Source: a virus
Direction: 5' to 3' (one strand)
Virus record (IMG/VR): IMGVR_UViG_3300030116_004830
Coordinates: 23,651 to 87,650 of that record
DNA: 64,000 nt
Positions 1 to 11,400 of this stretch are shown here, one piece after another. The number at the start of each line of letters is the position of its first letter. Position 1 is the stretch's first letter. The notes under the pieces were generated by a model. That model saw only the letters and a list, made by a program, of their open reading frames with translations, searched no databases and was not told the DNA's origin. The position numbers and the translations under genes are program-made.

Positions 1-1
1 C

Positions 2-2008
2 CGCCCCATTGAATCTAGTATTTGTTGTATCTGCTGATACAATTTTTCCAGTAAGCGTCCCACCTGAATTATTGATAATAGTAAATTGAACTCCTACATC
101 TGTTGCTCCTACATCGGGTAAAGTAACGATAGAAGAAGAATTGTTCATTATGATAACTGTTCCTGAATCAGCAATTGCAGGAGAATAAGTAGCGGCTCCA
201 ACCACTGCAACTGCGGCTCTTGAAAATGCTCCTGCGTAAACAGTAGCGTTAGTAGAAGTAGGATAACCTATTCTAGATAATACAGTAGAAACTGTATCGT
301 CATCATCGTTAATGAATGATAATCCCATTTTTAATTCTCCACCCTTATCAGTGGTAGTATGGTCTTCTGTTGCATAAGCGGCTATAAACGCAGATGCTTC
401 AGTAATACTGCTTGGGACATTACCATCAGTAGAATCAAAACCTATACCTCCTAATATATCACCCTCAGAAGTGCTAGAATCTTCTCTAACGATTTGAATA
501 CCATCAAAAGCATCCCCACCTGTTACATTTACTTGAAAGATATTAGAAGGGGCATTAGTGTTTATTCCTACTCTATCAGTTCCAGCATCTACTTGAAATA
601 AATTATCTATATTGTCGCCATCTACTCTAAAATTAATATCTTGATTGGAGGCGTTTATTGCTACTTGGCTAGTTTCTAATTGTATATTGTTCATATAACT
701 TGAACCATTTCTTGTTCTTAATAGCAACCTACCCTTTTCTGAACCATTAGCAACAGCATGAGCATCAGCAAAGATATGTGCATATTCAAAATCATTACCT
801 GCATCATCTTGACCTACAAATCTAATTGTGCCTATATCATCACTATCTACACCAACTCCGCTTCCTCCGCTTCCTTGACTTCGATAAAGTTGTAATTCGG
901 GAGCCTCATCTGAACTTGCTTGAGTAGATTCAATAGTAACTAAAGGCCCTGCCGTTGCTCCCTTAACATGTAATACTGGAGCAACCGCAGTATCAGTTCC
1001 ACCAGTAGTTGAATCACTTTCAACCTTTAGAGTTGTAGCGTTTACGGCTGAAGCATGGTCATTTTTAATATATACTACATTTCTTGTTGAAGTAGAACTT
1101 GAATCAGAAATAATGTTCAGCGCTGAACCTGTGGTTAATCCATCCGCAGTAATATCAATTACTTTAGCAGTAGTAATTCCATCAGCAGTAATATCGAAAG
1201 CATCGGTAGTGGTAGCCGCAGAAGTAAGAGTTAGTAAACTTCCATCAAAAGTTAGGTTGGCTTCTCCATTAATTCCACCTGCACCATCAGCAGTTGTTAC
1301 TCGATTATTACCATCGTTTGCTAAAGATGCCCCACCTGCTAATGCTACAATACTAGAAACGGTTACTGATTTAATTACATCAGAACTTCCAGTATCTTGA
1401 ATTAGAACTTTATCATCAGTAGCAACACTAGCGGTTCCAATACCAGTAATGAATAATCCACTTGATGTTCCCGAAATAGAACCTGCTTCCGTATAAGTAT
1501 TAGAATTCTCATAACCAATTGATAACTTATTTTCTGTTTTACTAGTAGTAAATGTTTGAAAAGCAACAGTTGAATGAGTATCAGTAGATTGAACTTTAAT
1601 TAGAGAAATAGGAGTTAGAGTAACCGTTAGGTCAGGAACTACACCATCACTTGTTCCTGCAACTATATTGATTGTCCCTGTTCCGTCACCATCATCAGCA
1701 AAGGCTACCCAATGATACAAAGCGCCCGAAGAAGGTTTGTTAATCGTAGTAGCAGAAAGAGCATCAACCGCAATATATTGTCCGTTTGAGAACCCCTTAC
1801 CTGCCGTTAATGCTACTTGGATATTTGCTCCACTAGTTGTAAATGTATGAGCAAATCCTAATGTTGCTCCATCCTTTAAAGCATAATTGCCTTGAGTCAT
1901 TGAATGTAATCCTTTGAATAATCCAGAATGAGGAGAATCTATTTTGTCTATCAATTGACTCGTAGGTGTTGCCGATAAACTACTGAGTATTCCGCTATTT
2001 GCTACCAT
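2..2008 (-). CDS. Tail fibre / receptor-binding protein, runs off the left edge (partial)
   Basis: Not in the ORF track. Read manually from ATG at 2008 (MVANSGILSSLSATPTSQLIDKIDSPHSG...). G/T/S/A-rich with fibre-like motifs (NNRVTTADGAGGINGEANLTFDG). Last gene of the tail module. Confidence 0.75.
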   Translation of the reverse strand, partial: MVANSGILSSLSATPTSQLIDKIDSPHSGLFKGLHSMTQGNYALKDGATLGFAHTFTTSGANIQVALTAGKGFSNGQYIAVDALSATTINKPSSGALYHWVAFADDGDGTGTINIVAGTSDGVVPDLTVTLTPISLIKVQSTDTHSTVAFQTFTTSKTENKLSIGYENSNTYTEAGSISGTSSGLFITGIGTASVATDDKVLIQDTGSSDVIKSVTVSSIVALAGGASLANDGNNRVTTADGAGGINGEANLTFDGSLLTLTSAATTTDAFDITADGITTAKVIDITADGLTTGSALNIISDSSSTSTRNVVYIKNDHASAVNATTLKVESDSTTGGTDTAVAPVLHVKGATAGPLVTIESTQASSDEAPELQLYRSQGSGGSGVGVDSDDIGTIRFVGQDDAGNDFEYAHIFADAHAVANGSEKGRLLLRTRNGSSYMNNIQLETSQVAINASNQDINFRVDGDNIDNLFQVDAGTDRVGINTNAPSNIFQVNVTGGDAFDGIQIVREDSSTSEGDILGGIGFDSTDGNVPSSITEASAFIAAYATEDHTTTDKGGELKMGLSFINDDDDTVSTVLSRIGYPTSTNATVYAGAFSRAAVAVVGAATYSPAIADSGTVIIMNNSSSIVTLPDVGATDVGVQFTIINNSGGTLTGKIVSADTTNTRFNGA

Positions 2009-2009
2009 C

Positions 2010-2435
2010 TTATTCTACCTCCAATGTGTATATCACTTCGATTGTGTCTGTTGTTGAAAAGTTTCCTATTGCGTCAAAGTTAATTCTAGAAAGCATAATA
2101 TTTTCCTTTTCCGAAGCCCCTGTAGCATCGAAGGAAGCACTTTCAATTTCAGCCATTTCTGCATCAGTAGCAACATCACCAAAGAACCCTACTTCTCTAA
2201 TTGTATATCCTTGAAGTTCAGTTCCAGTAAATGAGCCTCTAAATTCTACTACCTTATCGTCCGAAGAACTAGAAGTAGTTGAAGAATCTGTAGATGCAGG
2301 TAATGGAACATCGAGAGTTGTAGAAGTAGGATTAGTTCCACCTCCACCTGTTCCAAGTTTTACTTTTCCTGATGTAGCACCAAAAAATTCTCTTAAGAAT
2401 AGCGCCATTTTCTTCTTTGTTGTATCCGTTATCAT
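2010..2435 (-). CDS. Tail-tip / fibre-attachment protein
   Basis: GYTIREVGFF motif resembles tail-collar / fibre N-terminal domains; lies between the giant tail protein and the fibre. Confidence 0.5.
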   Translation of the reverse strand: MITDTTKKKMALFLREFFGATSGKVKLGTGGGGTNPTSTTLDVPLPASTDSSTTSSSSDDKVVEFRGSFTGTELQGYTIREVGFFGDVATDAEMAEIESASFDATGASEKENIMLSRINFDAIGNFSTTDTIEVIYTLEVE

Positions 2436-5400
2436 GTTAAATCCTCCTCTCTAATTATCTCTGTTACTGTTTCTTGTGGTCCCATAGTTGTCCCGAAATC
2501 TAATTTTCTTGAAGTTAATGTTTGGAATCCTAGTGTGAAAGCATTGGTATCCGCTAAACCTATCCTTCTGATGACTAAACTTAATTCTTTCAGTTTAACG
2601 GAGTCAAAGAAATCTAAAGGAGCAGTAGTAGAAGTAAACTGACTTCCTCTAATCGAGGCCGAATTTGATTTATTCAGCATCGACAATTCTGCAAATCTAT
2701 TTGCTAAATCTTTACGATATGTTCCTACTTCTAATTCTATTAGTCCCTTCAATTCTCTTCTAATTTCATAGACCTTGTAGGTATCTTTGGGAACTCCCTC
2801 AGATGGGAAATCAAGAGTAACAATGTCTCCCGCCTTTACAAATTCAATTCCAGTAATCGACATTCTTACAGTAAATCTATCATCACCCTCGGAGTGAGCC
2901 TTGAGTAATCCTTTCGCACGATTATCTACATCATCTTGTGAAACAAGTTCCATGTTTACCTCTTCTAAGGTTTTCTTACCAAACTTGTCGATACTCTTGC
3001 GGTTTCTCTTAATTGATTTTATTCCGTTACCATATACAATAATTTCATTGTAAAGGTCAAAGGTAGATTTATTTCTAGTTACGCTAATTATCTTCAAATC
3101 ATTATTTTCATATGAAAGAGTAACATCTCTAAAGTCCAAATCATTACTTTGTTTAATTAAAGATACTCCCTTTTCATCTACTCTAATCTCTTTTTCTTTG
3201 TATTTAGCGGCGAAATTAGTAGCATTGAACAAGTCAACTCCTTGGAAATTAGGAGAAATATAGTAGGGATATTCTCTATTATCTGAAATATCATACGATA
3301 TACCTTCATCAGATAATACATTATTGACTATGTTTTCTACCTCTTCTCCTATCACTAATGTAGAACCTATTCTAGCAGAAGTCACATCTTCTATGTTAAC
3401 TGGAACATTACTCTTAATGGTAAATATTTCACCAAAAGAAACTAATCCTAATAGCGGTTGCTCGATTTTACCTATTGATAATTTACATAATGGAGTTTCA
3501 TCATAGTAATTGGTATTGACTCCCATAGATATTTTTTGTTTATTTACTCCATCTGTAAGAAGCATGTTGTATGCCTCTCCATTCTTGAATGTGTTACGAT
3601 TACCACTTGGGTTAAACAAGTGAGAATAATTCCTTAGAACTGTATATGTATTATTGTAGACATAACCTGTTCCACTGTGATTAGTTCCTCTATATTGCCC
3701 TGCTATAGTTAAACTGCTTGTGCTTTCTATGGACTTAACGAAATAATTACCATGTAATAATCTAATTACATCTCCTTCTTGTATTACACTAGAAGTAAAC
3801 AAACTACTACTAGTGACTGTTGACGATTTATCATTTACTGCAACAGTGCCTATTTCTTTGAATTTTGAATGCCTAGCATCCATATCTACGGCTAAATACA
3901 TAGACATTGGAGGTTCATTATCACCGATTGTCCCATCATAATTACTCAATATTTGTTCTTCATCAGGACCAGTAAAGTTATTGCTAGAATTAATATTAGT
4001 AAGGCTAGGAACATAACCATACATAGAATCGGATTGAGGCATTTTAGTAGTGGAACCTGATAGTTTTCCGATGGATATTTCATTAGGAGAATTAGGCCAT
4101 AGACAAGTTTCAGCAGGGCGCATCACTCTATAGTTATTGAAGAACTGAACCTCCCCACTCTTATTGTGAGGGATATTATCTATTAATAATTCATGAGCCA
4201 CTTCCTTTCCTGTTGCGTTTCTTCGATGTTCATGGACATAGATAATATGGTCAGGGTCTACCATACAATCATCTAAACCAGTTGAGCCTCCTCCTGAGCC
4301 TCTAAATCCTAAAGTATTACTTTGAGTTGCCGCAGTAGGGGTATTACTAAGAGTAAATTGACTCGCTGAATCTACAGAATTAATAACGAAACTGGCTATT
4401 CCATGCCCCTTAACTAGCATTCCTGCTCTCAGTAATTGCCTAATATCTTCATCTCCTGTATATGTTACTACCCCATTAGAATTAGAATAGGCACAATTAG
4501 ACAAAAAGAAATCTTCTTCAATAACTCTAATTTTAGTAGAGCGCTCACCATCAGTCCCAAAAAGAGGAGAAATATAAGCGGCAGGAATATCATAGGCTTC
4601 ATCAGCAAGAACTGAACCATAGGTGTTTACGGTTAATTCTCCACTAAAGGGAGCAAAATTCCTTCTAGATGTTTTCTTTCCTTCTTCAGTTCCAAAATTA
4701 GCGACTAAATACATTCCAGTTAAATCTACGAAATTAAGCCAAGAATTTTTATCATTATGGTTGAAGTTCCTGTCCGAACTTGAATCATTAGGAGAAGGGG
4801 AACTTAGTATTCTTAATACTCCTAAATCCTTATTTGTATTAGATACGTTATCTCTAGATTGTTGATTTATGGAACGGAAGGTGAATACCCCTTCTTGTCT
4901 TTCGTTTGCATCAATATCGCCACCAGTAGTATTCAATGTTGATTTACAAATTCCTCCTAAAAATAATTCAGGATGAAAAACACCAAAAACTCCGTTAGCA
5001 ATATATCCCGTTCCTTGCCCGACATAACTAAATTGATTAGCGTTTTGAGTTAAATCTGAATTAAAATTAGCAAACCCTGATTTCCAATTACCTAGTGTAG
5101 TTAAGAAGTTAAATTCATTGCTTTTCTCATTAAAATAAGATGCAGTATCTATATTACCTGCACCATCACCATAAATGGCTTCTGACTTATTGGCATCACT
5201 AGTAGCAGGTGCAGATAATCTAGGCCTTGAATGACCGAAATTTTTAGTTATTCCTTGTTGTAAATTTCTAATCAATGTTCTTGCGCCCACTGGTAAATTA
5301 GTCGGCAAAGAATCTTCAACAGTATATCCCGCTAAACTAATAACGGAACATCCAGCATACGGATTTCCTCCGTGTTGTATGAATTCTAATACGTTAGACG

Positions 5401-8400
5401 GATGACTGTATTCTGTATCTATGGTATTATCTACGTTGTAATGCAGTTCATCGTTATTATTCAACGCCACTGCGTTTCTTGAAAACAAGGTAATTTGAGT
5501 AGCAGTAACGGCTTTGACTTTTCCTACGGGGTTATTAGAGGGGTCATAAACAACTGAATTAACAGGGAATTTAGAAACGGCATCAGAACTTCCACCTGAA
5601 CCATCATCTACTGTTATTGTAAATTGATTTTCTGAACTAAAATTACTTTCATTAACTACTACACCACTATTCGCAGGAGTCATTGACCTATTTACTAAAT
5701 ATCTTTTATCTTGCATACTATTAATCGTTAGACCAGTAGAAATTTTACTAGCAGAAGTAGCGTAAAAGGTTCTAAATGCAGGAGGTAAGGCAATTATTGG
5801 ATTATAGGCTATTTGCGAACTAGAAGGTAAATTAAAGGCGTAGGTAGTATCTCCTCCCGTTGGGTCAGTAGCATTACTAACAGGGTCAATTATTGCGTGG
5901 GGACCCATCGCTTGAATGAAGTTTCTAGTGAAACTTCTAAGGAATTTTGGTGATGGGTCATCAGATGAAGGCTCACTAATATTAGCATCTATGTTGGTAT
6001 CATCGGGTCCTGCATCTGTTTTTTCATAAGCGGCATTGTGAATTGCTAATCCTATTGGTCCGTTTGATGGCCTATTAGGACCATGTGAAGTATGGTTGCT
6101 CCCTTCTTCCACTACTCCGTAAGGAATTTGGTAAAACAGATATGGTAATACCCCATTAACGGGATGTCTAGTATGAGGAATTAAATCATAAGTAGTATCC
6201 TGACTGGCCGCCTCATGATAAGAGGCGTTCCACATCTGTTGAAGCATATGAGTTTCAGCCTTCTCTGTAGGAGCAGTAAAGGTATTCTTTCCTCCTTTGC
6301 CTTTAGTTCGGAATCTAAAGAAAGAATCCCAATAATCTTGTTCGGCTAAGGTAGAAGTTCCATCGCTTACAACGTAAAGATAACCATGATATAATCCTGC
6401 ACTACCATCTGATTTTATTATTTTACGACTAGCCCCTTCAAGTTCTATGTGATGTTCAAAAGTTAAATTTACATTATTAGCAGAAGAACCAGTAAAATTA
6501 GCACTAATTACAAACTCAGTAACATCTGTTCCTTCTGTTCCTGTAGTAATAGAAACAACAGAAGCGTTATCAGGAAATCCTGATATTGTCCCAGTTGGTC
6601 TTACTTCCATCCCAATTCTTACATTCGCAGAAGCATCACATGTAATACTAGCAGAGCCATTCGTAATATCACAAGTGTTATCAGTAACCGCATCAGCAGT
6701 TCTTTTTACCTTTCCGAGATAATGCCCTGTGCATGTAAATATTTGGTCGCCAGTTTGCAGTAAAGCACTAGGATTATTATCTAAATTAATGATAGTATCA
6801 CCATCTCCATAAAAAGCACTTAAGAAGTTAGCATCACTTCCCGTTGTTCTCAAAGGTAATCTTTTGAGAGCCTGATACCTACTGTATTCAAAATTAGGAG
6901 TAGTCATTTTTGTTATATCAGAAGGTAATCTTTCAGGGTCTATTAGATTGAAATGCCAGTCGTAAGTGCAATCAATTAATCTCATCAACCCAAATCTTTT
7001 CATTTCAGATGGAGCAATAGAGGCACTACTAATAGGAATAGTAGTATAATTATCATCAGTTTCTTCTTCATCTTGTAAAGTTCCTTCATAATGTGCATGA
7101 GGTGTATTACTATTTGAAAACGAACTCTTAGATTTTAACAACAAACTGTAATCGGAAAAACTTCTACTAATTGCTGTTTCGCTACTAGAATCGTAATTAA
7201 CAACGCCTGAATATCCAATATGGTGTTTTCTCGACATAGAATCGGGATACATATCGGCGGAAGAAAAGATAAACCATCTTAGTGCTTTAGGGTCAGGCAA
7301 TTCCCAATGGTCCTTTGCCCTAGTGATTCCATCAAATTTAGGACCAATCCAAGGCGGATGTAAAACGGTTATTTCCTCATAACCCGTAGTGGTCTTTGCT
7401 GAACCTCCAACGAATCCTACACCTGCGGTTCCTATCTTAGTAAAGGGAGGCTTCGTAGTATCCATTGTAAATTTACCTGCAACATCAGCGCTTAATGCAG
7501 ATAATTTAAATGTTCTATTATTGTTTTTATCATTTTGTCCACCTATCTTAACCCATTGACTACCTAAACTCTCTGTAATAGTATCACTGCTTCCTGCATT
7601 AGGCTCAATATAAGATGCCGCACTACCTCCTGCATAAGTAATATCATAATCAAAATCGTCAGAGTCGGAGGCTAAGGCTTTCCATTTTCTATATTTTAAA
7701 ACCGTATGAGGAACAGTGCTATTTTCAGGAGCATCCAAATCTTCTTGCCAGTCCCCTCCTCTGTGATTATCATGTAATCTAGCCATATATCTAGGATAAA
7801 TACCTACACGATATTGGGTGTGGTCAGGAGTTACAATAGCAGTTCCATGCTTATCGAAGTCAGCAAAGTTACTACCCATAACAGGTCTAAAGTCCCTAGA
7901 TTCAGGAGAAAGATATTCCAAGAAGAAATTTGGTTTTCTAATACCATTAGTTAACTCAACAGAATCATTGGTATAAGGTTCTAATAAAGTATCAGATGCG
8001 CTATCATAAGCCATTCTTGTTATACCCCAAGCAAAATCATTATTGTGATAACCATAAGGAAATTTCATTAATTTATTTTTACCATATTTAGCATCAGATA
8101 TTCTGTATGCAGTAGCATAACCATTCACTCTACCTTTTTCAAAAGAATAAGTGGTTTTGGGTTTTCCGTCCTTTAATCTCCTACTAACATATGAAAGGTA
8201 TTTACCCTTCTGCAAACCAAAGTATCTCCATTTGGTATTACCGTATCTATCAATTAAATCAGACATTATAGTTAAGGCTGTAGAATGTGGTTGGTATGCT
8301 CCTGCGCTACTTTCTGCTACACTGCCATCAGTAACATAATGGAATAAACCTGAAGCCCACTTGATAGGTTTACAATTACCATCTGCTTCATTAGGACTAG

Positions 8401-11400
8401 ACAATATAGGATTGGTTAGAGTTAAAACTCCTCCTTGACTTAATCCCTGTGTATTTAGGAAGTATAGACCTTGAGTAAAATAGTCGGTTAAAACCGTTAT
8501 TCTAACTGTTTGGCCACTACTATCATTTGAAAATGAACCAAGACCAGAGGCAGGAATTTTACCACTAGGATGTTTTCTAGTGAATAATATAACTTCGGTA
8601 TCGTCTTCAAATACATGGCCGATAGAAAACACTCCTAAGTTATCATACATTGAATGAGAAACTAGACCTTCAATTTTAATTCGCATACCTGCTTCTAAAC
8701 TTTGTAAAAAGGCTTGTGCAGTAGCATCACTACTTTTTATTACTGCGGCATTAAATTCTGTAGAAGCAAATGTTGTAGCGCTTGCATAATTACTAAAGTG
8801 TATTCCTGTTCCTGAAAAATATTGAGCAGGAGAAGCATCACCATAATATTTCATAATCTTTTCAGTAGCAGTTATAGTTTTGAAAAGGGGTCTATCTAGA
8901 GTAAAGGCTACTCTATCATTTAAAATTCCATCACTAGACCCTAAACTAATATCTATAATTTTACCAAACAGTTCTCCGTTTTCATCAAAGATATAATCTC
9001 CCTGCTTTAATTCTTCCATCCAACTAGCCTGTGCTATTTGGAATACTCCATTATATCCGTTTATTTCAGAACTAGTAAATGCCCCTACTTGTAATAGATA
9101 TTTATCTCTAGAATCTATCGGGTTATCATCTATTCTAGCGAATACTGCGGGACAAATTGGAGCCATTTCTATGATAGTTTCTCGTTCATTAGATGATAAA
9201 TTAATTACATCATATTCTGTTAATGAATTTACAGTGTGAAAATTGACGTAATTGATTCCATATTTATTGGTAATTTCATCTGCTAAATTACAATAAAAGG
9301 GATAATCGTAATCTACACCATCAGGACTGTTAATGCTATATCCTTTAGCCAATGGATGAGAACTACTAGAGGTTCCCACTAAGTCAGTTCCATCTTTAAA
9401 TGGAGCATAATCATCAGTTAGTGTTAATGATTTTCCACCAGTAAATATTATGCCTTTATCTTTAGTTCCTAATAACGAATTAACCCTTGTAGAATTAAAA
9501 GGATTAGCGGAAAGAGATTTGGCTAAACTAACGGTATTACCTTTGATATATTGTCTATAGATGTTAGCGGTAGATGTATCAGCCAAATCTTGTGAATTAG
9601 GAAATATTTCACTAGGAGTTTGATAAAAACTACCCATTAGAGTTTCGCCATCTTTCAATCTTGTAGGAATACCTTCTTCAAACAAAATCACGGCAGGGGT
9701 AAAATCACCATCACTATCAACATCAGTGATTTTATGCACTCTACCTAAAAATACACCTTGAGTAGTGTATATCAAATCACCCTGTTGTATAGTTAATGTT
9801 GTGCCTTGGGTAGTAGTAGATGAAGAGATTTGATTAACTTGAATTTCAGTTGTTCCAACAGGATAAGTTCCATCATCAGTAAAGGTTGTGCCGTGAGTAG
9901 TATGGTTATGAGTAGTAAGTTCGACTTGACCAAATGCCGCCATTCTTTCTACTGGACCGACAGTAGAGTAAACAATGTCTTCTGTAAATTTAAAATCTTT
10001 ATTTACAATAGGCCCTAACAAATCAGAAACAGTATTTCTACCTCTAATTTTTAATTTAAACATTCCATCTTCTATTACCTGCTCTACACTTTCAACAGTC
10101 CCTTTGAAAACGGTTCTTTCAATATCAATGGTTCCTGAGAAATAATCTAGATAACTTAGAACTCCTCTTGCATAAAAGTTGGTAGAAGAATCAGACCTAT
10201 TCAAATCATAACGATAAGCAGAACCGCCGCCATCTAATCCTGAATTTATGGAATAACCGTAAAGGGAAACATTTGAAATTTTATCTAAGTAAGGAGTAAC
10301 ATCTGTTCGATTGAAATTTTCTAAAAATCTTTCATCCTTAAGATGAGTTTGTAGTTTCAAGAAACTATTGTGCTTGTCTCCATATTCTACTTTAATACGA
10401 TGACCTGTAACTGGGCCTCCCTTTAGGACCAAGTGAATATCATTATTTCTTGAGTGGGATGCCTTTTCTAATTCTATTTCTCCTACATTTAAGGTAGGTC
10501 TAGTGTTAGCCCCTGCCCCTGTAATACTATCATTTGTAGGATTAAGAGTTTCAATTAAGGTTTCATAATCTCTAACATTTCTATTCCAATTATTATCAGC
10601 AACGGAATGATTACCTGATAAAATATAATTAGTAATTTTAGAATCAATTGGAATATTTGTAAGTAAATTGTCTGCTAAGAACGAATATTTTCTTCTAAAT
10701 GCTTTTGCGCTAAAAGAAGGAACGGTAGTCATAGCAGTAACGCTAGTTAGAACGTATTCTGTATCCGTAGCCTTTCTCCAACTACGAACTCCCATTGCTT
10801 GAGTAGTCCCATTATTAGTTCCTGATGCTTTATTATCAATCTTATCAATATTAAAATGATAAAGAGTTCCATCTATGTTTGTAGTAATGGTATCATTAAG
10901 CGGGTCATATCTACTACCTGTAGAGGTGCTACTATTAGGAATAACAGAAGATAAAAGAAATTTCATATCTTTTTGATTACCTAAATTATTAGCCTGTATT
11001 GTATCTACTCCTGTTATAGGCACTGAATACTCTACATCAGCAATTGGAAATGTTCTTTCTTTACCTACTGTTTCACTTTCAATAATATGGTTAATTAGAA
11101 TTGAATCTCCTTCTTTTATTTTCTTAGCAAGAATCTTTTGAGTATCAGCAAATACAATATCTACATAACCACCAGTAGAAGTTACTGATTCATATTCTAT
11201 CATCTCCATAGCATTAGGAATAATTGTATTTGTAAGTGGAGAATCACAATAATGCATGTATCGTGAATAACCCGTTGTAGTAGAATAAAGAGCATCATCT
11301 GTTGTTCTGTTAGCCATTCTAAAAGAATCCTTAAATTCGTTATTTGAATCTACTAATGAGTAAATCTTGTTATGGTCTAAATCTACAGAACTAGCAAGAG